Positions 26,455 through 35,016 of a stretch of DNA of 55,085 nt are shown here, piece after piece; the first letter of the stretch is position 1, and every line of letters starts with the position of its first letter. Position numbers and translations under genes: made by a program. Below the pieces are notes generated by a model. That model had not been told where the DNA came from, did no database searches, and worked only from the letters and a program-made list of their open reading frames with translations. This stretch comes from an uncultured Candidatus Saccharibacteria bacterium (GTDB taxonomy: Bacteria > Patescibacteriota > Minisyncoccia > Phycocordibacterales > UBA2100): NCBI GenBank assembly GCA_964654205.1, contig CAZZHR010000001.1:131953-187037 (forward strand), read 5' to 3'.

Positions 26455-26790
26455 ATGAAAACACTCCTTCGATACCTGGGTACTGTCGCCGCGGTCGTGC
26501 TCACCGTCAATATCGTGCCCGGTATAGAGGTCAGTGGTGGCTGGATGACCGTCTTCTTAATCGCGCTCGTGTGGTCGGTCATCACACTCGTGGTGCGACC
26601 CGTGCTTTCGATTCTCACGCTCCCCATCACCGTCATCACGTTCGGCCTCTTTGCCTTCGTGCTCAATGCGCTTCTCTTCTGGGCGATGGAACTCGTCGTG
26701 CCGGGGTTCTCCGTGAGTGGTTTCTTCGCCGCACTTCTCGGAGCAGTCGTCATCTCGGTCATCAGCTGGCTCATCAACAAAGTCCTCTAG
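26455..26790 (+). CDS. Phage-holin-4_2/DUF360-like 4-TM membrane protein
   Basis: Its size and the helix pattern (LLRYL...VPGI.V.G....) are typical of the family. Confidence 0.6.
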   Translation: MKTLLRYLGTVAAVVLTVNIVPGIEVSGGWMTVFLIALVWSVITLVVRPVLSILTLPITVITFGLFAFVLNALLFWAMELVVPGFSVSGFFAALLGAVVISVISWLINKVL

Positions 26791-26854
26791 GTCGCCTCGG
26801 AGTTACCAACGTCTCGTCGTGGAGAGTGGAATTGCCGTCGTATAATGAGCGGTA

Positions 26855-27871
26855 ATGAGATTGCGCACATCAATCATCGTGGCGCTGCTGCTCGTCGCTC
26901 TTGGTGCCGCGTGGTACGCTTTTGCGACCATTTCTTCCGAATTGCCAGCGGTACCAGAACAAAGAGTCCCGAAGATACTGCTTATCCACAACCCGCCCGC
27001 GCTCAACGATGTGGGCGCCAACTTCAAGGTTCGCATGAGCGAGCTCGGGTACGCCGACGGTTCCAGAGTCGCGTATACGGAGATTGACGTCGGGACGGAT
27101 GTGGCTGGAACGAAGTCGCGCATAGCTCAGGCGTTCTCCGAAAGTGATTTCGACCTTATATTCGCGACTGGTGTGAATGCCGCTCGCGCCGCCAAGGACT
27201 ATGTAGATGAGACAGGGCTTGGTACCCCCATCGTTTTCGGGGTCGTCTCCGATCCTGTGGGTGGGGGACTCGTACAGAGTCTGCGTAGTTCCGGCAACAA
27301 CCTCACCGGTATCACCCCCGCAAGCGATGTGACCGCTACCAAGCGCCTCGAATTCCTGAAGGAAATGATTCCTGAAACGAAGCGCGTGGTCATCGCCTGG
27401 AACGATGAGAATACTTCGGGGATATCCAACATCCGAAGCGTCGCGGCTTCCCTCGGTCTCGAGATGGAAGAAAAAAGAGTCAGCAGCGTGAAGGAAATGG
27501 AGGACTTCTATACCACTCTCTCGTACCGCACGGGAGACGCAATATTGCGAGCGGCGGACAGCATCGCAGCGGGCGCGGTGGCTGCAACCATACAGAGCGG
27601 TCTCACAGAGAAAATCCCTGTCATTGGCACGAATGCTGGCGACACACGAAGAGGCGCACTGATGAGTTTTGGGGCTAACTACGGGGACGTGGGACGAGCG
27701 AGCGCGCGCATCGTCGACCTTATACTCAAGGGCACGAAGCCCGCGGACATACCCATAGAGGAGGCGTCGCGCTTCGAAATATCGGTCAACCTCGACACAG
27801 CGCGCGCGATTGGTATCGCCGTCCCTCAGTCGTTCCTACTCAAGACGAATATCGTCATTCCGCAGGAATAA
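26855..27871 (+). CDS. ABC_sub_bind (PF04392-like) periplasmic substrate-binding protein, membrane-anchored
   Basis: N-terminal TM helix. The ...PIVFGVVSDPVGGGLV.SL...GNNLTGI and KRLE.LKE..P... motifs fit this family. Confidence 0.7.
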   Translation: MRLRTSIIVALLLVALGAAWYAFATISSELPAVPEQRVPKILLIHNPPALNDVGANFKVRMSELGYADGSRVAYTEIDVGTDVAGTKSRIAQAFSESDFDLIFATGVNAARAAKDYVDETGLGTPIVFGVVSDPVGGGLVQSLRSSGNNLTGITPASDVTATKRLEFLKEMIPETKRVVIAWNDENTSGISNIRSVAASLGLEMEEKRVSSVKEMEDFYTTLSYRTGDAILRAADSIAAGAVAATIQSGLTEKIPVIGTNAGDTRRGALMSFGANYGDVGRASARIVDLILKGTKPADIPIEEASRFEISVNLDTARAIGIAVPQSFLLKTNIVIPQE

Positions 27872-27874
27872 TCC

Positions 27875-30121
27875 ATGCTCGCACGGCTCTTGGGGAAGCT
27901 TAGGCTGCACACAAAGTTCATCGTGCTGCTCATTCTCGCGTCACTCGTGCCGCTCGTAATCGTGTCCGTCATCACCCAGACGAGGTTTCAGAGTACACTC
28001 CGCACCGATGCTTCGCAGCTGGGTCAGCAATTGGCAGCGACGGCTTCTGCGGAGATCAAATCGTTCATCGTCTCTCAGCTGCGCATTCTCGACAACATTG
28101 CCGCGCTTTACCAGCCGGAATTCCCGATTCGTCCCGAAATAGCAGAGCAGCTACTCGAGAATATCTTGTTCCGCAGCGAGAACTTTTCTGACATTACCGT
28201 CGTCGATGCGAACGGCCAGGAAATTGCGCGCAAGAACAGGCGCCTCGTGCTCTCGGAAAACGAGCGGCGCGACCTCTCTGCGTTCGAGGGATTCGATATC
28301 GTGATGCAGCGGGGGCTCTACGTGGGTCCTGTCATGGTCGAGAGCGGAAGACCGTTCTTTACCTTCGGCATCGAGATACTCAACGCGCGCGGGGAATTCG
28401 TCGGCGCGGTGTTTGCGGAAGTGGACGCGCGCATCATGCCGCGCGTCGTGGGTGAGATATCGGAGATCGTCGGCCCGCCGGGGCGCGTGTACATCGTGGA
28501 CGACGAGGGCATTGTCATCGCGCACCCAGACCTCTCGTACGTACTCGCGCAGAAAGACCTCACCGCTCTGCCAACCGTGCGCCAGGTTGTGGAGGCACCT
28601 GAAAGTATCGGCATATCAGCCGAATACACGAACGAACAAGGTCTCGCGGTGCTGGGGTCCGCCCACACGATGACCATAGAACTTTTCGATGTGCAATCTC
28701 GCGGCTCACCCAGCATCGACTGGTACGTTATAGCGGAACAGCCGGCGGATGTCGTGTATCGTGACGCACGACAGGCAGCGTATTCATCGATGTTTGTTTC
28801 GCTCGTCGCGGTCATTCTCGCCGCGCTCGCTGCCTTCTACTTCGCAGGCCGCGTATCTCGACCGATAGAGTCGCTGCACACCGCGGCGCTCCAGTTTGGC
28901 CAAGGAAACCTCGGGCATCGCGCACCGATCGAATCAGGTGACGAGATAGGAGACCTCGCGCAAAGCTTTAACACAATGGCGGAGACGATAGGAAAAACGA
29001 TGCTCAGTTTGAGGCGAGAGGAAGAGGTTGTGAAAGCAGAGCGCAACAAGCTCGCTCTCATCCTCGGGGGTGTGACCAACGCGGTGGTGGCTGTCGATAC
29101 GGGTGGCAGGATCGTGCTCTTCAACAAGGCTGCCGAAACACTCGTCGGCTTTCCCGCGGCGCAGGTGCTCGGGAAGCACATTGGGGATGTTTTACAACTG
29201 TACGAAGGCGAACATGAGGTGCCTGTGGAAGAGTTCTGTCCGAATGCGCCCAAAACAACCGAGGGCGTCGTATATAGCAAAACCAACCTCCGCATGCCCG
29301 TCGCATCCGGCAAAGACCACATCGTGAATGTGGTGTCGGGTCGTATCAAAGAGGGATTGAGCATTCACCTCGGGTGCGTCCTAACGTTTCAAGACATCAC
29401 GCAGGAGTACGCGGTCGAGCGGATGAAGCGAGAATTCGTTTCTATTGCGGCTCACCAGCTCCGTACGCCGCTCACCGGCATGAAGTGGGCTGTCGACTTC
29501 CTGCTCACTGGCGAGAAAGGTGCGCTCACTGATCCGCAAAAGACGCTGGCGAGCCAGGCGCTCGATGCGGTGAACAGGATGATACACCTCGTGAACGACC
29601 TGCTCGATGTGAATCGGGTAGAGGAAGGCAAGTTCGGCATCCATGCACAGAAGCAGTCGATATTGCCGCTCCTCGACCGCCTGATGACTGCGTATAAACA
29701 AAACGCGGCGAAGAAAGGCGTGGAATTCAAGGCGATGGTGGCGCGCGAGATACCTGAGCTTGTCTTCGATGCGGATAAACTCGAAATAGTTCTCAGCAAT
29801 CTCCTGGACAATGCTATCAAATACACCCCCGCAGGAGGCCAGATCTATGCGAGCGCCGAGATCAGGGCGGGCGCGCTCGTGATATCAGTGCAAGATTCCG
29901 GTATCGGAATTCCTCGCGACGACGCAGATAGGATATTTACGAAGTTCTTCCGCTCGTCGCAAGCATACTTGCACCATACAGACGGCAGTGGGCTCGGACT
30001 CTATGTCGCGAAGAACATTATGGTGCAGCATGGAGGTAATATCTGGTTTGAATCCGCCGAGAATGCAGGGACGACCTTCTACATATCGCTTCCGCTTGAG
30101 ACGAAGCAGACCCGAGTGTAG
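27875..30121 (+). CDS. Sensor histidine kinase (Cache-like periplasmic domain, HAMP, PAS, HisKA, HATPase_c)
   Basis: Two TM helices flank a ~270-aa extracytoplasmic domain. H-box FVSIAAHQLRTPL, N-box LLDNAIKYT, G-boxes DSGIGI and GSGLGL. Confidence 0.9.
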   Translation: MLARLLGKLRLHTKFIVLLILASLVPLVIVSVITQTRFQSTLRTDASQLGQQLAATASAEIKSFIVSQLRILDNIAALYQPEFPIRPEIAEQLLENILFRSENFSDITVVDANGQEIARKNRRLVLSENERRDLSAFEGFDIVMQRGLYVGPVMVESGRPFFTFGIEILNARGEFVGAVFAEVDARIMPRVVGEISEIVGPPGRVYIVDDEGIVIAHPDLSYVLAQKDLTALPTVRQVVEAPESIGISAEYTNEQGLAVLGSAHTMTIELFDVQSRGSPSIDWYVIAEQPADVVYRDARQAAYSSMFVSLVAVILAALAAFYFAGRVSRPIESLHTAALQFGQGNLGHRAPIESGDEIGDLAQSFNTMAETIGKTMLSLRREEEVVKAERNKLALILGGVTNAVVAVDTGGRIVLFNKAAETLVGFPAAQVLGKHIGDVLQLYEGEHEVPVEEFCPNAPKTTEGVVYSKTNLRMPVASGKDHIVNVVSGRIKEGLSIHLGCVLTFQDITQEYAVERMKREFVSIAAHQLRTPLTGMKWAVDFLLTGEKGALTDPQKTLASQALDAVNRMIHLVNDLLDVNRVEEGKFGIHAQKQSILPLLDRLMTAYKQNAAKKGVEFKAMVAREIPELVFDADKLEIVLSNLLDNAIKYTPAGGQIYASAEIRAGALVISVQDSGIGIPRDDADRIFTKFFRSSQAYLHHTDGSGLGLYVAKNIMVQHGGNIWFESAENAGTTFYISLPLETKQTRV

Positions 30122-30186
30122 AGATGTCGCGTCCTATCCACATGTAGTGCGGCCGCGCAGACGCGCATACACTACAATGTGCGTGC

Positions 30187-31302
30187 ATGCCTCCGACGCC
30201 TCCAGCGCAACAAGCGGTTTCTCTGTCAGCTAAGGACCTGGTGCCCGTGCATCCGCCGCACCGGCCGTGGCTCATCTTCGTTGCACTCGTCGCTGCTCTA
30301 CTCGGTCTTGCGACTGGCGCCTACCTGTGGCTTGGCGAGAGCGAGGCAGTCCGCGCCGAGCCGCTCAAAGTGGGGATAGTGCAGAACGTCAAACACCTCG
30401 ACCAGGTCGTCGATGGCTTCAAGCAGGGGCTCTCGGAGCTTGGGTACGCGGATGGGACGGACGTGGTCTACGAATATCAGAATGCCAATGGCGATTCGGA
30501 ACTCGCGAAGACTATTGCCAAAGAGTACATCGCTCAAGGGGTAGATCTCTTTCTCGTCGTGACGGAACAGGCGGCAAAGGCCGTGTACGCGGCGACGCAA
30601 GAAGCTGGAGTGGAGATTCCCATCGTGTTTACCAATGGCCTCGGCATGGTGGAGACAGGATTTCTCGAGAGTTATGCATCGTCCGGCACGTACGTGACCG
30701 GCGTCGTCCCCGACGACGTGGATGTGACCATAAAGAAGCTGGAATTCCTCAAGCAGATAGATCCCGACGCGAAGCGGGTAGGTGTCTTCTACAGCTCGCT
30801 CGTGCCGATATATCCTGCCGTTGCGACGCGCCAGGCACTCGCAGACCAGGCGCCGAAACTTGGGCTCGAGATAGTCGAGTACGATATCAAGACGCCTCCA
30901 GGTCCAGGTTCGACTGCTGCGATGCAGACGCTTGCGGACACCATCACGTCGGGCGACATTGACGCCATCGTGACAATTCCGGAAGTCGTCTCCAACTACC
31001 AGGACAACCCCAAGATCCTTCTCGAGCTCTCTAAGCGCATCAAGGCCCCGATACTATTCCTCACCGTACCGCGCGTCTTCGAAGGAGGACTCCTCTCGTA
31101 CAGCCAGGACTACATCGTTTTCGGCAAGCAGGCTGCAGCGCAGGCGGACAGGATTTTCAAAGGCACGCACCCGAGTCAGATACCGATAGAGTACTCGCGC
31201 GAGAATCTCCTTATCATCAACATGAAGACCGCGAAGGAAATGGGACTCACGATACCGGAGTCGCTCCTCTTCAATGCCGACCAAGTCATACCCGCCGAGT
31301 AA
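30187..31302 (+). CDS. Second ABC_sub_bind (PF04392-like) substrate-binding protein
   Basis: Paralog-like to 26855-27871 (PIVFTNG..., KKLEFLKQI.P). TACAAT lies 8 nt upstream of the ATG. Confidence 0.7.
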   Translation: MPPTPPAQQAVSLSAKDLVPVHPPHRPWLIFVALVAALLGLATGAYLWLGESEAVRAEPLKVGIVQNVKHLDQVVDGFKQGLSELGYADGTDVVYEYQNANGDSELAKTIAKEYIAQGVDLFLVVTEQAAKAVYAATQEAGVEIPIVFTNGLGMVETGFLESYASSGTYVTGVVPDDVDVTIKKLEFLKQIDPDAKRVGVFYSSLVPIYPAVATRQALADQAPKLGLEIVEYDIKTPPGPGSTAAMQTLADTITSGDIDAIVTIPEVVSNYQDNPKILLELSKRIKAPILFLTVPRVFEGGLLSYSQDYIVFGKQAAAQADRIFKGTHPSQIPIEYSRENLLIINMKTAKEMGLTIPESLLFNADQVIPAE

Positions 31303-31318
31303 CGTCGAAAAAAGAAAT

Positions 31319-31343
31319 CGCCCCGAAATGGGGCGGTTTCTTT
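31319..31343. terminator. Bidirectional terminator between convergent genes
   Basis: CGCCCC-GAAAT-GGGGCG, flanked by AAAAAAGAAAT and GTTTCTTT. Confidence 0.75.
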
Positions 31344-31356
31344 AGGGTGATACCGA

Positions 31357-31629
31357 TTAATTGTTGTGTGTCGTGCGCTTCGTGAAGTCGGAGAGCTTGG
31401 CTCCGCTCACGACGAAGAGGTAAATAATCTCGAGGATGCCGAGCGTGTTGAGGAAGAGAAATGCGATGAACCACCACATATCCCCGCGCTTTGCGGCTCG
31501 CCAGAGCGCGAGGCCTTTCCAGAGGAGCGACCACACCGCGACCAATAAAAAGGCGGAGACGACGAGCGGGATACCAAACCCCGCGCCCCATTCCGCACCC
31601 GGACCACCGTAATTCATCATGTTATTCAT
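31357..31629 (-). CDS. DUF5652-family small membrane protein
   Basis: LLWKGLALWRAAKRGDMWWFIAFLFLNTLGILEIIYLF is the family hallmark. TATACT lies 8 nt upstream of the ATG and directly abuts the element junction. Confidence 0.7.
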   Translation of the reverse strand: MNNMMNYGGPGAEWGAGFGIPLVVSAFLLVAVWSLLWKGLALWRAAKRGDMWWFIAFLFLNTLGILEIIYLFVVSGAKLSDFTKRTTHNN

Positions 31630-31646
31630 ATCGCTTCAGTATACAC

Positions 31647-31878
31647 CTGCGGTGAATTATTAGCCCTTGTCCGAACCCACTTCGCACGCGCGGAGCGCGT
31701 GGTGGTTTGATACTTCCGCGTACGCTCCGATTGCGTGGGAACGCGCCCAACCGCGCTCGCAAGCTCGCGCGGGCAAACCCAAAAATGTCCTTTCAATTTT
31801 TTGCGGCTCCCCCCTGACCCCCCGCCGCAAGGCGGAAAAGAAAGAGGAAAGGACATTTTTGGTTTGCTGCGCCGCTTC
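31647..31878. repeat. IR1, left copy (232 bp, perfect inverted repeat of 34634-34865)
   Basis: Verified base by base. Also visible as identical 71-aa translations in ORFs 31667+ and 34845-. Confidence 0.95.
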
Positions 31879-32058
31879 AGAACTCCAAAAAGAGCATACT
31901 AATGATATCAAAATGGATTGCTCTTTTCTCCGTTCCTCGCGGCGCTTTGGGACGCTTTCAACTGCGGTTTGCGCTAACGCACAAGCAAAATCTTTATGTG
32001 CCTTGCCCCAACCCGCCCAGTGCGCGGCACACGCCCGCTTCGCGGGCGGCTCCCTTAC

Positions 32059-32379
32059 TTAGTCTTTCTTCGCATCCAATTTGAAGAAGAAAGTTGTCGC
32101 CAACAAAAAGATTCCGGTTATCAAATCAATCACGACCCAGGTGTCGCGGTCGAGATGGACTGGAAAGAAGGGATTGAAAAGTACAGCGACAAACCCGAAA
32201 ATCCAAACCCATTTTTCTTTTTGTCCCTCGTACGCCATCCACGCGACATATGCAGTCGTCGCGAACACGACAAAACGGAGAATGGTGAAAAATCCGTATT
32301 GCCAGCCGTCAAAGAGAGCGAGGAACAAAATCGTCGCCGCGACGACCAACGCAATATTTTTCTTATTGTTGTTGCTCAT
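32059..32379 (-). CDS. Small 3-4-TM membrane protein (DUF6804-like), last gene of the cargo operon
   Basis: WVWIFGFVAVLFNPFFPVHLDRDTWVVIDLI pattern. Followed by the hairpin CGCCCG-CTTCG-CGGGCG (plus strand, ~32029-32045). Confidence 0.5.
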   Translation of the reverse strand: MSNNNKKNIALVVAATILFLALFDGWQYGFFTILRFVVFATTAYVAWMAYEGQKEKWVWIFGFVAVLFNPFFPVHLDRDTWVVIDLITGIFLLATTFFFKLDAKKD

Positions 32380-33007
32380 AGGTACGTGATTCTTTTTTCA
32401 TTCGCATTTCTCCGATTATGGGAATGATGTTGAGAACTGTTCCACCAAGCAATCCGACGAGGAACAAAATAGAAACCCACGCTCCTTGTCCTGTAATAAG
32501 CATCAAAATAACACCGAGGACGAAACCGAGTTGACCACTGATGACCATAATCGCAGCGTTTTGGTTTCCCGCCTTTTTGTCTTCGTTCGCCAAAAATGCC
32601 CAAGGCGCAAAACTCACCGCATACGCAAAAAGCAGAACTGGAATAAAGTTTGCATATTCTGATAGTTGTACCGCAACACCAAAAACATACATGACTGAAA
32701 AATATACAATCGCTATTGTTACAATTTGATTGAGTAGGAGAAAAATAGACCCAAGTACATATTTTCGTTTTTCAAACAGCGCGGCTCCAGGGGCACCAAA
32801 AACAAGAGTAATCATCATCGCGAAACCCAAAATGTAGTGTCCGAAAATACTGTACAAAAATCCTGCTCCGACTGCCGAAAATAGACCATAAAACAGTAGC
32901 CAAATTCCACCAATCAAACCAGCAGTAAGATTCAGGATGGATATAAACGTCACCATCAACATGTGTGCGGCGACTATATATTCAAGTAAAGAATTTTTGT
33001 TCGTCAT
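32363..33007 (-). CDS. Polytopic (~6-TM) membrane protein, unknown function
   Basis: Hydrophobic helices run throughout. It overlaps the next gene by 17 nt. Confidence 0.5.
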   Translation of the reverse strand: MTNKNSLLEYIVAAHMLMVTFISILNLTAGLIGGIWLLFYGLFSAVGAGFLYSIFGHYILGFAMMITLVFGAPGAALFEKRKYVLGSIFLLLNQIVTIAIVYFSVMYVFGVAVQLSEYANFIPVLLFAYAVSFAPWAFLANEDKKAGNQNAAIMVISGQLGFVLGVILMLITGQGAWVSILFLVGLLGGTVLNIIPIIGEMRMKKESRTYEQQQ

Positions 33008-33010
33008 GTT

Positions 33011-33211
33011 TTAGAAATTACGTTGTAGCTGTATAGCCCTTTCCCAAGTCCAACAATTCAACCCAACAAAACGTCGTGCGATGCTATCTTCTTCAACTCC
33101 CGTTTTTGCACAACCGATGTCGATAACAGTTCGGGTAAAGTAAGTAAGCGAAAGTAGTGAAAAACCAATTACGGCGATAATCAGAATGTTTTTAAGAAAT
33201 TTATTTTGCAT
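33011..33211 (-). CDS. Small single-TM protein, unknown function
   Basis: 66-aa ORF with an N-terminal TM helix, packed 2-3 nt from its neighbours. Confidence 0.4.
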   Translation of the reverse strand: MQNKFLKNILIIAVIGFSLLSLTYFTRTVIDIGCAKTGVEEDSIARRFVGLNCWTWERAIQLQRNF

Positions 33212-33213
33212 AC

Positions 33214-33807
33214 TTATTCGTCAAACAGATTACCTACTTCGACAATATCAACACATGTTCCTGTTGCCGTGAAAAGGTTCGATGAATCAACCTCTATTTC
33301 GACATCATCTTCCGCATACGCAGTCCCCGTAAGAGCGAAAGCCGGTTTTGAAACCTCGTCTATATTTGCGACAACAGCAAACTCGTCAAAGTATTTTAGG
33401 AAGGAACGATCTTCGTCCGCTGGCTGTTTGATAAATTTATCTACAATTGAGCGGTCGCATTGAAGTTCTAAAACATAATCCACTGGACTAGAGTACGAAG
33501 ACATAAAGCGAATATATGTCTTACCGTTACGATTGAAAACGTCGTCAAGATACCCTTGGAACAGAACCGGCTTGTCGCTTACGAGCCGCTCCTGTGCCTG
33601 TATTGTGTAGACCAAATCATTTTCCCAGCCAGTTATTGCTCCGTACTGCTGCGCCAACTCGTTGGCACGCAGTTCTGTACTCGAAACTTCTTTTTGTTCT
33701 TCTTGTGTTGGAGAATACGAAGAATCATTGTTTGAGAAGAAAAAATGATAGCCGCCCCAAAGTGCTACTGCCGCAATAACTATCCAAAAGATATAATTTT
33801 TATTCAT
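33214..33807 (-). CDS. Membrane-anchored extracytoplasmic protein, unknown function
   Basis: N-terminal TM helix plus a ~165-aa soluble domain. No recognisable motif. Confidence 0.5.
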   Translation of the reverse strand: MNKNYIFWIVIAAVALWGGYHFFFSNNDSSYSPTQEEQKEVSSTELRANELAQQYGAITGWENDLVYTIQAQERLVSDKPVLFQGYLDDVFNRNGKTYIRFMSSYSSPVDYVLELQCDRSIVDKFIKQPADEDRSFLKYFDEFAVVANIDEVSKPAFALTGTAYAEDDVEIEVDSSNLFTATGTCVDIVEVGNLFDE

Positions 33808-33809
33808 AC

Positions 33810-34349
33810 TTATATTTCTCTAAAGCTAGAAATAAAGTTTGGATAACGATTTTCGCTCTCAAACTGATTAGTGATGTTGAATGTCCACTCGCCAACATCA
33901 ACAATTCGACCAATGATCGTTTCAGTATTCGGAGATGAATTACTGTACACGCCAGTTATTTCGTAATCTGTCGCGGGCGCGTTCGGGTCTTTTTCCATGC
34001 GAGATACAACGCCACCATAGATTTTTGCTGTCTGATTTATAAAATCTTCTTGGCTACTGTTGTAAGCGTAGAGATTATTTTCCGCTTGGACGAATAGCCC
34101 AACGCGCCCGTCAGGAGAGTTGTCTATGTATGACCACGAGTGTCGCGTAAAGTCCGCGCCGTCTGTTCTGTTGAACTGTGGTTCGGCAGGAAAGGTAATT
34201 TCAAAATTCAAATTGGGGACACTCAACACATACTTATCGTTGGAACTCAAGGTATTTTCTGTGTTTGAATTATTGAAATTACCGAAAGCGAAAACCGATA
34301 CAATTCCGAGAATCACAACACTTGCGAGTACGATTTGATTTTTTGACAT
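33810..34349 (-). CDS. Membrane-anchored or secreted protein, unknown function
   Basis: N-terminal signal/TM segment plus a ~150-aa Asn/Ser-rich domain. Confidence 0.5.
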   Translation of the reverse strand: MSKNQIVLASVVILGIVSVFAFGNFNNSNTENTLSSNDKYVLSVPNLNFEITFPAEPQFNRTDGADFTRHSWSYIDNSPDGRVGLFVQAENNLYAYNSSQEDFINQTAKIYGGVVSRMEKDPNAPATDYEITGVYSNSSPNTETIIGRIVDVGEWTFNITNQFESENRYPNFISSFREI

Positions 34350-34353
34350 AAGA

Positions 34354-34572
34354 TTACTTTACAAAATAATCGAAAGGTTTTCCGTACACTTTCGCGAACT
34401 CCGCAAGCTCGACCGCATCCACGCCTCGCTCGCCACGTTCTATCTTAGAAATGTACGCCTGAGGTTTCTTCAACTTCTTGCCCGCCTCAACTTGCGTCAA
34501 ACCGGCATCGTGGCGAGCTTCACGCAGTTTCTTGACGAGATTTTGATACTTCGGCTGATATTTCTTAGACAT
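34354..34572 (-). CDS. XRE-family helix-turn-helix transcriptional regulator (72 aa)
   Basis: LREARHDAGLTQVEAGKKLKKPQAYISKIERGERGVDAVELAEFAKVYG is the classic Cro/CI-type HTH. The ORF-track N-terminal extension reads through IR1 and is rejected. Confidence 0.8.
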   Translation of the reverse strand: MSKKYQPKYQNLVKKLREARHDAGLTQVEAGKKLKKPQAYISKIERGERGVDAVELAEFAKVYGKPFDYFVK

Positions 34573-34573
34573 A

Positions 34574-34594
34574 ACTATACTAACACGGTATAGT
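34574..34594. promoter_or_regulatory. Candidate operator palindrome in the XRE/cargo-operon leader
   Basis: ACTATAC-N7-GTATAGT lies immediately upstream of the XRE ATG, downstream of an extended -10 TGgTATATT (minus strand, -10 at 34604-34609). Confidence 0.45.
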
Positions 34595-34633
34595 CGGTTG
34601 TGGAATATACCAGTTTGGTTTATTCTGTTTATG

Positions 34634-34865
34634 GAAGCGGCGCAGCAAACCAAAAATGTCCTTTCCTCTTTCTTTTCCGCCTTGCGGCGGGGGGTCAGGG
34701 GGGAGCCGCAAAAAATTGAAAGGACATTTTTGGGTTTGCCCGCGCGAGCTTGCGAGCGCGGTTGGGCGCGTTCCCACGCAATCGGAGCGTACGCGGAAGT
34801 ATCAAACCACCACGCGCTCCGCGCGTGCGAAGTGGGTTCGGACAAGGGCTAATAATTCACCGCAG
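34634..34865. repeat. IR1, right copy (232 bp)
   Basis: Perfect reverse complement of 31647-31878. Its last 6 nt (CCGCAG) are shared with IR2. Confidence 0.95.
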
Positions 34866-34990
34866 AACAGAACTTCAGATTTTGAAAGCCCTGCATGGCG
34901 CGGCAGCAAAGCTGCCGCGCTGGGGAGAAAACGCCGTCGCTCCGCGACGAATTGGAACGGGGCGGGCGCGCCGAAGCGCGCGGATTTGGC
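34860..34990. repeat. IR2, left copy (131 bp, perfect inverted repeat of 36409-36539)
   Basis: Verified base by base. Contains three GC hairpins, for example GCGCGGCAGC-AAA-GCTGCCGCGC at 34898-34920. Ends 26 nt before the recombinase ATG. Confidence 0.95.
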
Positions 34991-35016
34991 TCTTGTTTCG
35001 TATCTAAAACCAATCT

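Noticed and set aside
31779-31862. RNase P RNA-like strings (AGAGGAAAGGAC in IR1; CAGAACAGAAC at the IR2 edge)
   Set aside because: They resemble the P4 consensus (GAGGAAAGUCC / ACAGAACCCGGCUUA) only superficially. The two strings lie on opposite strands, the GGAC pairs locally within the hairpin, and no other RNase P conserved regions are present.
31667-32062. 131-aa ORF starting MSEPTSHARSAWW..., and the identical N-terminal extension of ORF 34354-34845
   Set aside because: The shared 71 aa are simply the translation of the GC-rich IR1 repeat, giving an Arg/Ala/Pro-rich, low-complexity sequence. The real gene on the right side is the 72-aa XRE regulator starting at 34572.
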